Positions 1 to 13,900 of a DNA stretch of 64,000 nucleotides are shown piece by piece. Source of the DNA: Tubiluchus corallicola (taxonomy: Eukaryota > Animalia > Priapulida). The position numbers and the translations under genes were made by a program. The notes under the pieces are model-generated. The model saw only the letters and a program-made list of their open reading frames with translations. It had not been told where the DNA came from and did no database searches. The stretch lies in contig JAQGDQ010000117.1 in NCBI GenBank assembly GCA_030141605.1, forward strand, positions 1 to 64,000. Reading direction: 5' to 3'. Every line of letters starts with the position of its first letter. The first letter of the stretch is position 1.

Positions 1-1362
1 GACCGCTTTTATTCTTAATTTACATTAATGATATATAAAAACTTTTTAGCTGCCCCAATATTGTTCAATTTGCTGACGGTACTACACTTTTCTTTGATTT
101 TAATTACTTTACTATGAGCATCATAAGCCAACAAATTGTCATTAAATCTTAATAAACCAAATACACATTGTTCCGTTCTAGAAACAAAATGATTCTTCCT
201 AATTTTAATCTTTATATCGATGGGCTTCCCATCAAAACAGTCACATTCACTAAATTTCCAGGCATAAATTTGGAATTCCCGTGGAATGAGCACCTTGAAT
301 GGAATTCAAAAAATCAAAATGATTAGTCTCAAAATTGCGAAAAATATTGGTTTATTTTCTTCACATTTCGTTATCCTCAAGTACACTTTAGTATATTCGT
401 ACCTAAATTATGTCAGCTGTCTTTGGGCAATTACTTATACATCAAATTTAAACCCTTTATCATCACTCCAGAGAAAATTTCTTCGTTTATTCTTTATTCT
501 GAGTAAATGTTCTCATGTTTATGATACACATTTCAAACAATGTGAACTTTTTGCTATTGATAACCTAGTATTTTACAATTTTGTAATCTTCGTGTATAAA
601 AATAATAATAAATTCCTAACTTCTTCAGTAATTCTGTAAAATTAAATGTAAAATATGATAACACACCTTATAGCGAATATGTTGTCACCTGTGTTCGCAC
701 TAATGTTGCTAAGCAGCTCATCAAATTTTGTGTCCCTTCAATTTAGAACTCTTTACCTAATTATATCGAATGCGAACATACCATTTTTAAATATAAAATA
801 AGTATAAAGCATTTTGTATTAAATAATAACCTAAATATTTATAATGTATAATTCTCACATAGACAAAGTTAAATGATTTCTGGTGCTAATAAACTCATTT
901 TAGTATAATGTATTAGTCTTCTTTAGTCATACGTTGTACAAGAGTGAAGAAGAAAAGCAGCAGAAGAAGAAGTATTAACAAAGAAATATTGAAAAAGTAC
1001 TAAGGCTATTTTCCCTGGCAGTAACTCAGCTGATCAGTCTCTCTTTACATTCTCATGTGAATCTGCTCTTCATTTTCATCAGAATCTCATTCATTCTTCA
1101 TTGTCATTTCATTTCATCACCACGGTATTTCATTTTTCTCGCTTACTTTATTTCGCAGCTTCTAAATTTTTTCTTTCCACTTTGCCTTCTGTTCTGGCCT
1201 GTACAAGTCTATCTTCTTGGCCTGAGCTGTTATCTCAGTATCTAGTGAAACTTTAATTTTTGTTTTTTTGTAGTACTAGTAGTAATAGCTTGTATTGTAT
1301 TACATTCAACCATGTATTATTTATGACACTTTGGAAATAAAATTAAACTAAACTAAAACTAA
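1..1362 (+). mobile_element. Degenerate 3' part of a CR1/L2-group non-LTR retrotransposon (RT C-terminal half, 3' UTR and tail)
   Basis: Bases 1-90 translate as (G)PLLFLIYINDI...QFADGTTL (RT motifs). ORF 286-639 has YLNYVSCLWAITY..LNPLSSLQRKFLR, typical of CR1/L2/Crack ORF2 C-termini. It ends in AATAAA plus an (AAACT)n-like tail at about 1336-1362. Frameshifts and stops are present. Confidence 0.8.
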
Positions 1363-2211
1363 GTACGATCATAGAAAAAACGTCATCTTCTACAAGACTA
1401 AAATGCTGCTAAACTATGAAAATACTTGCCACGTAAAAGCACGGAAAAATATCGAATATGAGCAGTAAGAAAAATACTTTAAAGGACAAGAAAAAGGGAA
1501 CCTGAAGTAGGTTTCAGAAACATCGCCTCGAAAAATTATATTACAGTACAGCATTTTATGCATATATCATACTGGAGTTAAAAAGCATTCTTGTTTGTTT
1601 TCATTTTAAATCTCTTCGCAATACTGTTCCGACGGTGCCATTGCATGACGTCACTATGCAAACGTAAATCAGGGGAAGAGGAGGCAATGTTAAACTATGT
1701 CCCAAAAAACTTTCCATGCAAAGTTATTTTACTTAGCATTTTGCTTATCTGCTGGAAACTATGTAACTAGAAGTAATAATTTAAAATTCGCCCCCCCCCC
1801 TTCCTCGCGGTGGGCCCCATTCGAAAAATAAACCCCCAATGAGACAACACTAGATCGAGACCTTTCGTTTGATATATAGATCGCCGCAAATGGTGCCCTC
1901 GTCGAAGCTGTAGCCTCGAATCTTATATATTAAGCCCATACCAAGAATATTAATATAAGAGATGTTCGCGTCAATTTGAAAAATATCGCTGACTCACCTT
2001 CAAGGGTGCGCCACTCCCTAACTAAAAACGTATTTTTAATCTTATTAACAAGATACAGTAATCTAAACTTTTACTTAGTTAGTGAAGTGTGTGTATGAAT
2101 GCTCTGATTATTTTTTCAAACTTTACGCAATATTCACTAAACTTGTTTCAAACGACCTATCATTAAAATGGCTGCGTCTAGCGGTCATCGTGGGAGTTTA
2201 AATTTACACGT

Positions 2212-2331
2212 TTTATACAGCATTACTGACGATGCAAGCCCTGCATGCAAAAAGGCAGTATGTAAGTGGTATAAAATTTCAAGACGCATTTTTTAAGCTT
2301 TGTGTAAGTGGAGGGTTTTCTTGTGCTTTAA
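2212..2331 (+). repeat. Short interspersed repeat, copy 1 of 3
   Basis: The sequence gatgcaagccctgcatgcaaaaaggcagtatgtaagtggtataaaattt...gtaagtggagggttttcttgtgctttaag recurs at about 16987-17155 (+) and, more diverged, at about 44432-44598 (-). Confidence 0.8.
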
Positions 2332-3846
2332 GTACAGATGAGGTCATTTCGTAAGGAAATTTAGGAAAATTTTACCACGAGTTTGGAGACGTTGTTTGTC
2401 CAACCGCGCGTGCGCATCTTAATCAACTTATGTCATAAAATAATACTATATTGCATAAGCCTAATTATTAATTAGATGTTAGTACAGAATTAATTTGGCG
2501 GATCAGAAACGTGTACGTATGGTAAAAATGACCACGTCTGTATGTAGGTGTCTACGCAAACGAGTCTTTTGGTGGAAAAGTTCCAATATGAAATGTCAAC
2601 AAATAAGTGAAAGGACAACATCTAAACACAACATCAATACATTAATATTTCACAGAATGCATTAGACGTATTGACACATGTCTGCTTAAGAAAACAAGCC
2701 TACGCAAAATGTCTGTCAGCAACTTTAATTCGCAAAAATGCAACCCTAAGCCTTCAGCTTAAAATTCTGGTAGCGTTTCGTTTTAATGCATTTTTTAATG
2801 TACCATTCTAGGTGACTAAATTCTTAATCCGTAGTTGACGGTTTTCATTACATTTTAAGTATACCTAAACTAGGCAAGTCATGATACAGTTTCATGGTAA
2901 CTGGGTTATAGTGTATTGCAAAAAACCAATTCTTACAAAATAGTGTCATCGTCGGGTAGGCCTATACTACTGTCAGATACGACTGTATGTTATACAAGAA
3001 AAATTTAAACAAGCATCCACTTTGGTTCAAATCATGCAGGTATTATAGCAGCTAATCGGTGCACTTTTTTATTATATCAACAGCGGTGACGTAAATGACG
3101 ACGATGACTACTGCAACAAGCAACGCCAACAGTTGCAACAGCACCCGCAGCAGTAGCACGTAGCAGTAATCTCTGGTACATATTGGCCAAGATTTCTTTC
3201 ACTTGTGCAAAACACTACTGGCTGGCATTCGGGCAATGGCTAGTAAACTGGCTAAAATTTCTTTCACTAATGCGAAACAGTAACGAATAGCATACTAACA
3301 GCAATGACTGACTCTGGTTGAACAAAAGTTGCTTTCTCTGCGTTAAAGCAAGTATAGCGTAAGGTAAATTTAGAAAAGAGATTTCATTTAAGATTAAAAA
3401 GCAATCTGTGCAAACCACGCGGGAATCAGTCAACTTTTCCATATGAGACCTTCGATTAGTTGATTCATTGCCCAAACAATTTACGAATAATTGCCAGCAT
3501 TTATTACAGAAATGAAATAAAAGACACCTTCAAAGATTTGGATTTAATTTAAAAGCCAAGCCGCACGTTTCTCAGTTGGTGTTTTAACAAACGTAGCAAA
3601 GGCGATGCGCACAGTAATGACGAATTTGCGTCTCTGATTCTTCACTAACTTATGGTCCTCTGTGGGAAGGTTACACGGTATTTTACGTTCGCACCCTGAT
3701 ACTTAAAACTCAATTAGCCGCGTCTTTTGCCACTTAAATCCCATATGTAATATAAATATTCAAAAGTAGAAGACTTCTTCTAATTGTCTCACCATTAAAA
3801 AAGAAAGAATTCACAAAGAAAAAAAATTTGAAATTTAATGCATTTG

Positions 3847-5101
3847 TGTTGGAAATAGAATAAAATGCAACTCGCAGTCTTTAATTTGTTTTTGCATATG
3901 TATAATGTACCTTACTCGTTTGCTTAAGTTTCTCGTAGAAACACGTGAAAAGATTTCTACTATGGCGCTATCTGTTGTTCACACAGATTCCTTGTTCGAA
4001 GATTTGCTGTACTGCTCATTAGAGTTTTTTTGCAAAAAAATAGTTTTTGCATTCAATTAATTTCACATTTTTAATCATCTCTTTGGTGTTTTACAGTATG
4101 CATCTAGTTTCACAAACCAAACCAACATTGGTTGTGGGTCCAGCGACGCCGGTGTCGCAGAGTAGTTAATTTAACTGTACAAACGGTACTCACACAGTTT
4201 GAACCTGTTAACAATTGAGAAATTTGTCACTAGAGAGTGTCTGTCAGCAAAATTCGAAAAGTGTTTGAGATCAAAAGGAATTCGTCATGAAACTATTATT
4301 CCTAAGCAAAATAGCGTGTAAGAGCGTATGAATATAATTCTGGTAGAATCGGTTAAGCCAGTTAATATTGCAGCATATATCAGAAATCGATTGTTGACGC
4401 CGATCAAACAAGAGATAACGTCTTTTGAGTTACGGCACAGTCAAAAACTCAAAGTTAGTCACATCTGTGTGTTTGGGTTGTATGGCTTATGGATTAATTC
4501 AAGAGGCTCGACGGAAGAAACTAGATAATAAGGTGAGAAAGAATAGCTGGTTATAGTTCAACCAAATAAGCATACCGTCTATATGATGAAAAAAGTGATA
4601 AACGACGTCGAGATGTTGTATTTAGTGAAAATGATTTTTGACATTATCAAATGTGTACAATTACAAGTGGAACGTTCGGATGCAGTGGAACCCAATCGAT
4701 CAGCACGAGAAATACGTCCCCAGTATGACGTAATTATGATGAATATATGCAGATACGGTGACAACAGATGAAGAAATTCATCATATAGCATATCTGACAG
4801 AGTTAGAACCAAAAACTGTTCAAGAGGCGCTAGCAGGCTCTCAGAAAAGTGAATGTAAGGAAGCGAATGAAAGTGAAATGAACTCAATTGAAAATGTATA
4901 TTTACTCATTTGTTTAAGTTGGTCGTAGAAAAAAAGAAAGATTTCTACTACGTATTGCACTAGCTGTTGTGTGCACAAATTCTCTGCTCGAAGACTTCAT
5001 GCACTGCTCATAAAAGTTTTTTGCAAAAAATGATGCAATAGCTTACATTTTCAACGTTTATATTTTATAATATGCTTGTAATTTCGCAAACAAAAGCAAC
5101 A
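3847..5101 (+). mobile_element. Internally deleted Ty1/copia LTR retrotransposon
   Basis: The 5' LTR (3847-4127) is bounded by TGTTGG...CCAACA and followed by PBS-like GGTTGTGGGTCCAG at 4130-4143. Integrase remnants read PKQNSV*ERMN, AAYIRNR and VSHICVFG. The pre-RT motif EPKTVQEALAG..KEANESEMNS lies at about 4806-4890. A 5'-clipped 3' LTR at about 4893-5101 ends GCAACA. The 5-bp TSD ATTTG is at 3842-3846 and 5102-5106. Confidence 0.88.
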
Positions 5102-6104
5102 ATTTGTACGTTTGAATTTAATCCCTATGGCAAGCTTTTCTATTATACGAATTCTAGTATGGGTTAATCTATAATAGATACGGAGGCAACGTTAATGCGA
5201 AATAAGCTACTCTAGTGGGTAAACCAAAGTCAGGAGATTAATGTATTTTCCACGTCTGTGGGATAATAGCAACTTTAATTTACTCTAACTCAGCGCAGTC
5301 TTGCAATCACATAATCAAAGCATAACAGTATAGAGACTGCAATCAAAGTCAGTTGGTAGTATAGAAACACAATTACTGAAATGTACAAAGCAATCGCTTT
5401 AATTGATTTTCTGTACCGAAATGTACATGGCAATTGCTTTAATTAACTATCTGTACCAAAATATGCAGATAGTAATTAGGCAAACATAAGAATTGTTTTT
5501 GTAATGTATACGCTCAAATCAAAGTTGCGTTCCCATATCTATGTAGTTTATTCTGCAAAAATACAAATTTTCTGTAGTCTACAACTACTACATCTACAAA
5601 TCTAGTGAAATAAAAGTGCTAGAAAATAAGTGCTACAGATTACTACGTTACACTAAAAAAGCTAAAATGCATACATACATTGTTGGTCCAATATTGAGTC
5701 GAGAAAAAAGCCAGAATGTCAGTAAAAGGTAACAGTATAATTAAAAGCCAAATTTCAAATGCAACAAAGACGTGTGTACATGACAAGTTCCTCCTATACA
5801 ATGTCAGAGTAGAAAAAGTAGTCTATAGAGGTTGAGCTACAGTCTAATATATTATGGCTTCTAATGCATATTCTACCTTGAGAAGAGGTAATGGACCAAA
5901 ACATTTGCACCTGCAACAGTTTTAATTAATTATTTAGGCAAACGCGTTTCTTTAAATGTCGCACGAAATGAAAAATGGTAATATAAACCTTAATTGCCGT
6001 TAACGATCAATTGCTCTTTTGAGTAACAAAGCTGTAACTGCCATGCCTGTCACTGTGATCGTGTAAGCAAACTGACGTAAGTCACATAGACATCCATGCA
6101 GCAA

Positions 6105-7862
6105 AATGGAGCTTTGTTACACACACAAACGTCGTAACGACTACAAACGTTATACCAACGATAAGTGTGTTGTAATGCTTGTCGACAAATGTTATAAAAT
6201 TTTCAAGGTCGATTTTTAAACACGACCATTGAGAATGCAGCTTACTGTGTTTTAAACACGACCATTCAGAGTGTAGCTTACTGAAGAGTGAGCCAGTTTT
6301 AAACATAACCAATGAGAATGCGGCTTACTAATAAAAGCTTAAAGCCGCCTGTAGTCTTAAACGCGAACAATGAAATAACTAAATAACGGTTTTGAACTCG
6401 ACCAATGTGAATGCAGTTTACTAATCTACGTTTTTAACCCGATCTGTAAGCGGGCAGCTTTCTAAAGCTGAAGGCCACAGCCAGTTTTTAAAAATGAGCA
6501 ACGAGAAGGCAGCTCACTAATCCATGTTTTTAAACATGACAAATGAGAAAACATCTTACTAAACTACTCTCTTTAAAAACGACCAATGCGAGTGCAGCTC
6601 ATTAAAATGCGCTTTTAAACCCAACCAATAAGAATACAGCTTACACAACCACGCTTCTAAATCAGACCAGTGAAAATGTAGCTGTAAAAAGCTTAAGGCC
6701 AAGAACCAACACTGGAACAACATTTATTGCACTTTAATATACAATTAAAAATTATGAAATCACTACACAATATATGCGTATAGAATGCCTTGCTTAAAAA
6801 TGTAAAAGAAATTTAAATATTTTTTATCTTCCGCCAAACGACGTCTCTGCCGGCATATTTGAAAAAAATCACGTAAGCTGGTAGTTGAATGCTGTGAAGG
6901 CAAGCTTTGGTGAAGTTACGGTGAAGCTTTGGTGGGAAAATTAGGCGTTCTACAGTTCACTCAGAAATTCTGTTATTCTAGCATTGTATTTAACTGAGTT
7001 TACGTAAAAAATGGTCATTGGATCAAGTATGACTAAGTTTAAAGTGGTTAACATAGCTTTAATCCACAGGATTATACTGTAAAATGTGTAAGTAGTGTAC
7101 ATTAATTGTGTAAGTGTAATTAATTTAAGACTTGTTGACTTTCAGATACGCATGTAAACTTGCGACCATATAGTAAGTACCGGGTGAGTTACTTGAAGCA
7201 CCTGGCAGTGTAAGTGTTTATATTGCACGGAAACCGGACGACGTCTAAAATGAATGCGCCCAAGCGTGAAGCGACGGTGACTTTAAATTGATTTTACTAA
7301 TTACATTAGGCGCTTATCACAATTTTATTGCTGAAACTTTCTAATATTTTTCTCAAATATTCGAAAAAGCCCAACTTCCCGAGAGATTTGGCTTTTGCTC
7401 TAAAGAAACGTCAAAGTTTTTAAACATAATCAATGACAATGCAGCTTACTAAACTACGTTTTAAACCTGAACAATGACACTGCATCTTACTAAACCACAT
7501 TTTTAAGCTTGAATAATGGTAATGCAGTTTACTAAATTACGTTTCTACCCGACCGATGAAAATGCAACTTTGTTAAGTAATGATAAAACCTGAAATAGGG
7601 CCAATTTTTTCAAGAAGCTCCTAACGAGAACGCAGTTAAACCATAAAGCAAAAAGTAACTAAGCTATAACAGAGCATAACTCGCTGATCTGACAAATGTT
7701 AGAAAATGGATAAATTTTATAACGTTTGTCATCGATTTTGGCGATCAAGCCTTATACAACATTTATCTTTTTGTAGTTTCAACTGTTACAACTAAAGTTC
7801 GTGAGCAAAAAAGGTTTATGTTTGTCGTTGTTACAACGTTTGAGTAATATTATAAAAAGCTG
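6105..7862. mobile_element. Probable non-autonomous foldback/TIR element with an internal degenerate ~40-bp tandem array
   Basis: The ends are imperfect inverted repeats: caaacgtcgtaacgactacaaacg / tgtttgtcgttgttacaacgtttg, and gacaaatgttataaaattt / aaattttataacgtttgtc. The internal unit tttaaacacgaccaatgagaatgcagcttactaa repeats at about 6210-6700 and 7420-7640. Confidence 0.55.
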
Positions 7863-8586
7863 GAGCCTTGTTGACCTAAGTGTTGCTGAATTTCTTCCTC
7901 TGACGCAATTATAAGATACGTGCTCTGGGCCAGCAAAATGTACAACTTGGGTTATAGTTTCTCACAAAATATCGTATACGTATTGTTCAGAAATCATTGT
8001 TTTATGACTATTTGTACAGTTGTAAATAGATGCCATTAGAACTACAAGACAAAAGTAGTCTTGAAATAATTATTTTAGATATTGTTACTAGTACAATATC
8101 TAACTATATAATAGTATATATATATAGTGCATACATATATATATACTATACAATATATACTATTATATATATATATATATGTACTAGTAACAATATCTCA
8201 ACCCTTTGGTATTATAGTACAATATATCTACACTGTTATCTCAACCCTTTCGTTCAATTTAGGTGTTGGACATGAAGCATGTGATTCTACTGCTAACAAA
8301 GAATGATTATTTGAATCTTAAATGCTTTCAAAAATGGGAAAAAACGTTATCATGAAACAACAGTGTGTTAATGACCTGATTTCCAGAATAACACTTAGTG
8401 CCACAAATCAGAAATGTACACACGTTTAAATGACGTATGTACACAGATTTTAATGACGCATTTCCTTTTCACTTTCCGCCTATTTGGTATATATTATATA
8501 TATATACAGTGTATATATACAGTGTAGATAATAGTGTATATATATTGTGTATAATACCAAAGGGTTGAGATATTGTTACTAGTACA

Positions 8587-9240
8587 GTGTAGTATAACAG
8601 TGGGAGGCCAAATAGTTAAGAACGTTACCAGTTTTTCATATCTGGGCAGTGTGATGACCTGTAATGGAGGTACAGAAAATGACATCAGGGGGAGAATCGG
8701 CAAAGCAACAGCAGTATTTAGGAAGATGGGAAAAATCTGGACAAGCAAGAAAATTGACATGAAAATCAAACTTCGTCTGTACAACGCCATTGTGCTGCCA
8801 ACGGCTCTCTATGCCAGCGAAACCTGGAAAGTCACAGCGGAGTTATCAAAGAAACTGAACGTCTTCCACCAAAAATGCCTTCGAAAGATACTAAAAATCT
8901 CCTACCGCGACCATGTCACCAATGTAGAAGTTCTTCAACGAGCGCAGTCATTGCGGTTACAAGATATAGTTACAGAGAGAAGAATGAAACTGGCTGGACA
9001 TATTCTCCGTCTATCAGAAAGTCGCTACGCCAAAACAGCAGTACAGTGGGAACCACCTGGTGGGAAACGAAAAAGAGGTCGGCCAAAAACAACGTGGCGC
9101 AGATCCTTCAAAGAAGACCTTCGAGCTGTCAACAGACGTTGGGAAAACGTAGAGAACGAAGCCGCCGATAGAACTCAGTGGAAAATGCTGTTTGCCCAAT
9201 GTGCATCAATGCACAGGAAGGACTAAGGTCTAAGGTAAGG
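8587..9240 (+). mobile_element. 5'-truncated RTE-clade LINE with an intact ORF2 C-terminus
   Basis: The frame is open to the stop at 9226 and contains FSYLGS, DIRGRIGKA, KLRLYNAIVLPTALYASETW, KRKRGRPKTTWRR and AADRTQWK. The 3' tail is ctaaggtctaaggtaagg. TACTAGTACA flanks it at 8577-8586 and 9241-9250. Confidence 0.9.
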
Positions 9241-10439
9241 TACTAGTACAATGACTTTTTTAAAGTGTCATGAGGTATCTTTTTATGCCGGGCTCGCAAG
9301 TGTCATCAAATAAACCTTAATTGTTACTAGTGTTAACTTAATTGGCGGCTCGTAGCTAAAATTAGTGGAGGTACTGAAAATTAAACATTTTTAGCCATTG
9401 TTTTTATAGTGCCGTAAAACGAAACAAACATATGTAATTATAATGCTGCAATTGTAATTTTAAACAAACAAACTAATTTAAACATAACCTTGATAAACTC
9501 CTAATCAAAAAATATTGTTTTCTTACGAATAGCCTAAATTGTCGCAGTTCAAGAATATGCCGATACACGGCTTTTAAGCACGTGACAACTGCCAACACGT
9601 ACGGCGGTGAGCGACAGTACTCTTTGTACAGCGTGTTGTCTCAGACATGTGCGCATGGCCGCATGCGCACAGCAGCCAAACGCCGCGTTGTTTGTGCTGT
9701 AAAGCAAATTGTGCTTCCGTCACGTGCCCCAGTTCCGCGCAAGTATAAAACAAGAACTAAAGAAAAAAGACTTATCATATTGAATATATTATTGATAATA
9801 ACCAGTGAAAACGATGCAGTACCACTATATCTATACACGAGCTGCCACTGATTAACTTCTTTGTTTTATTGGCTTATTGTCTACTTGGTTGATGGAGTAC
9901 AGCAATCTTGAATGTCTATAAAACTGTATACGTAGCACCTTATGATCTTTGATGTCGATCACATAATACACTGAAGTAATGCAGACTCAGTCAGCATAAC
10001 AGATTCAATCAATTTATAACCATTATGTCAACTCCACTTAACACTTTATGCATCAGCCCCGTTCCGCCTCGCTACACTGAATCTGGGGCATCAATTTTAG
10101 GGGAGAATTCAATCAATTTGTTGCGCTACCATTTGACGAGTGTTGTGTTCATCAATATCTCTCTCTCTCTTGAGGGATTATACTTCACTCCGCCGAGTAT
10201 AGTAATCGACAATGCTCTTGTTGTAAAACCGAAGAGAATGGAGCGTGGCGAACAAGAATTATGCTGCTGTTGAGAGTTGAGTCCAAAACGAAGTAATTGC
10301 GAGACAGAAAGGTAACAATCCGGTACAGCGCAGTTGCTAAAGTTGCTGTTGTCATAGTTTTCTGTGCAAATAAGATGGACTTTTTTGCGTTAACTATGTC
10401 AGAAAGAAATCAAATGCTTGCTTACATATAGGACTTGAC

Positions 10440-10860
10440 GGTATAGGACGCAATGGTTTTGATTGTTGCACCCGCTAAATTTTTACCTAACTTAAAAAGT
10501 ACGCAAAATAAGCAGTTTAAATGGAGTACAGTACAGTAGGAAGTTATACATGAAAAATGTAACTGCGGTGTACCATAAAGACCCACTTTTGGATCAGTGC
10601 ACTTTCTTACGTACATTAAGGTATGCCACAAGGCTACCAGTGCCTTTCCTATCTACATTAACGACCTGCTTTTTTACTGTTTCAGTACACGTGTTTTTAG
10701 TGATGACCAGTTTCTTCCTCATGTCCTCTATTTTTTGAGTTTACAAAAGTAAGGACGTCGTACCGTCAGAGAGCTAAAAACTCTTATAGTTGGATAAAAG
10801 GATGCAAATTGTCAGTTAATGACACCAAAACACGTACAAAATTATATTAATTAGCAGCAA
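10440..10860 (+). mobile_element. Highly decayed non-LTR RT fragment (CR1/L2 group)
   Basis: Remnant motifs are NCGVP* (about 10561) and FPIYIND (about 10646-10666), with many disablements. Confidence 0.5.
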
Positions 10861-13639
10861 CACTTCACGACGTGAACCGAGACCTCTGCACAGTAGTACA
10901 ATAGGTGTCAAATGGTGGGTGTCAAAGCCCCTTTTTAAACACACCCTATTATCAACTTTTGACCACATTCGGTAACGACCGACCGACTGAGTGACTAAGT
11001 TTTACTTCACCCTCACTGATTATTCGTAGGGCCCTAAGTAGTGCCCCTGTTCTACAGAAAGCGATGATATCTGCACTGCGTTAGAGACTTTGGAGTTTCA
11101 AAAGCAAATATCTAATATAGTATAATAATAATATCTAATAAAACTTATCTACACGTCACAGTGTATATTAGGAGCACATCAAACATAGTTGGTAAGGGTT
11201 ATTGTGGGGGGGGGGGGGGATTATTGTTGGCCGGTTGACCTTGGCTTTTGACTTTGATTATCGATAGTCACAGGGTGCATAGAAGTGAGCAAGGCATTTC
11301 TACTTTCAAAGTGTTACAAGACTGTCAGAAGACTATTCTAAGACTTTGGCGAGGAAAGGCGAGACAAGATAATACAAGAACATTTATTCTACAATACATA
11401 GCAAACAAAATACACTTTTAATACAATTTGATCACATTGTGGAGGGGGGGCGAAGGAGCAAGCTAACTAGTAAATAACGTAGAGTGTTTCTGTCATCTTT
11501 CTTCCACATGCTTTGTTTAAACTGGCGGCGAGTGCACAGTACGTTGAAAGTAAGAAATAATAATAAAATAACCCAAACTGACATCCAATTGAGTAGAGTC
11601 ACTAGCTACTAGACCTTGTCACTCAATTGAGGTTTATAGTGTGCCGAATTGCATAAACTGTGACAGAATATGAATGGAAAGATGTGTTAACCTTATGCGA
11701 TACGTAAAACCAGGCTTGTTATTAGTAGTTTTTACTTTTGCGTTTAAGTTGATGGAAATTACCATGAACCGAAACTGGCAGACAGCATTTTCTGAACGAT
11801 AAAAATTATCAACATTCTTGGCTTCTCGATGAGTGAATCTCATGCTGAATAGCGCACTGGCTTATAATTTAGCCGTTAAAACGACCATTCATCTTTTCTG
11901 TGCTGTCTGCAATTGCTTAGCCTCAACTACAACTTGGTGTAGTATACAAATGCAATGTTTGCCTCTTATCGTTCCAGCAGTTAAAGTTAGTGCAGAAGAC
12001 GATTTTGTACATGCATAGAAACTAGTCGATCAGTCCACGGAGTCAAAGAACTCCTGAAATTCTGATCTGCGGATATCGAATAACTAAACTTATACATATA
12101 TATATATATATATATAGTTTGCCTCTTAGCTATATGCAGCATAAAAAGTCTTTGGACCCCCAGCCGTGAATAAGACCACGACTGTTTTTGAAGCAAAAGG
12201 CTCATAACATTGTCAGGAGATAATCAATATACCGATATATATTGGTATATATATCGGTATATAATATATATATATATATATTGATAAAAATCATTGATAC
12301 AATTAGATTGGTGAAATGCACGTTTTATAATTTTAAGAGAATCTTCAAGCTATGAATTTAAGCAGTTTTGTCGCGGTTTACAAATGGAAATAACGCAAAC
12401 GGCGTGCTTTCAATTTATTTCGCACTTTAATATCGGATGAAAGTAAAAATAAATGACACCTACCTTATTATTCAAACAACACTTTCACGTTCAATCCTGT
12501 AATCACTGTGCAAATGTTTAGTACATCAAAAGGTACGTACGACTATTATTGGCATCATTCAGCCATCATAAAAGATTATAATTATATGTTTTCTAAGGCA
12601 ATTTTAAGGAAATATTTACCTTTGCCTTGAAAATTAAGTTCGTTGCTTGAAATTACAGTAAGCAGCCTACTGCTGAAAACACGCGTTTTTTGTGTTTAAA
12701 GCTAAACTTTACATTCTTGCACCACGAATTACGCCTCCTCTGTCACTTTTAATCATGAAAGCAAATCGCGTTTAATTCGACTGCTGTCTGAGCATCGCAA
12801 AAGGCGATTCGATCAACGCGCGGTACTTGGCAATGATTACTTCCCAAAGCAATATCACATATCACATAAGCAAGGAAGCTTTACTCAGATATACTTTTGC
12901 TTGAAAATGACGTTTATTTTCGATTAAGGAGTCTGTATTCCTTTAAGCTTGCACGCAGTAAAATGGTATATGTAAGGCCTAGTTGTTAGAGTAAAGGCAC
13001 AAGCGGTGCCACCTGTTCAGAAGTGTGATAATTTTACTCTTTGAAATACTTTTTAATGCACGAGGAGACTAACACAATCAATATTTTCACCGTAGAAGCA
13101 AAGTAGCTGTAACCTTTTAACAGCCAATGACGATGACGACGATATCAACGACGACGACAAAAAATACAGCTTTTCCAAACACAAACCGCAGCGAAAAACA
13201 TTTAAACTTCATTGAGAAAAACCATCATAATTAACAAAATAGATAAGTGAGCAGGGCTTCTCAAGAAAATCGTATGCAGTTACACCAGATTAAAAAATAA
13301 TAATAATAATTTATTCACAATTTTTTTCAACATCTACACCACAGAGATCCGGGTTTATTTTGACAAGAAGTTGACATTTAATCTTTCGTTGCAAGACTCA
13401 GTGATTGGTTTCTGAATTGTAATCACACAAAGATACATGTTATGTACACAAAGATAAGCATAAGCGCAGCATAAGCATCATTTTCATTTTTGTCGAAATT
13501 TTTGTGGTATTAAACGTATAGCCATATTATGTCAAACTTGCAAAAATAGTCCATCCTTCCGGAATCTATCTTTGGACAACTGACTGACCATCTAAATAGA
13601 GGCCAAGTAAACAACCGTCTACAGAAACACACAGACGGC

Positions 13640-13900
13640 AGATCTTTAGACAGACAGACAGACAGATAGACAGGTACTCAAAAAACATAAACAACAAACA
13701 AAAAGCAAGCAAGCAAATCATTAAACCAACCAACCAATCAATCAACCAACCAGCCAATCAACCAACCAACCAACCAATCAATCAGCTAATAAACTACCAA
13801 CCAACTAACTAACCAAGCAACCAACCGGCAAAACTACCCAACCAACCGACAAGCCAACTAAACTACCACTATACAACTAACCAACCCGCTAGTCAGTCAG
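13640..13900. repeat. Degenerate compound tetranucleotide repeat (GACA/AAGC/AACC)
   Basis: Seen directly as gacagacaga..., gcaagcaagc and accaaccaacc runs. Confidence 0.8.
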
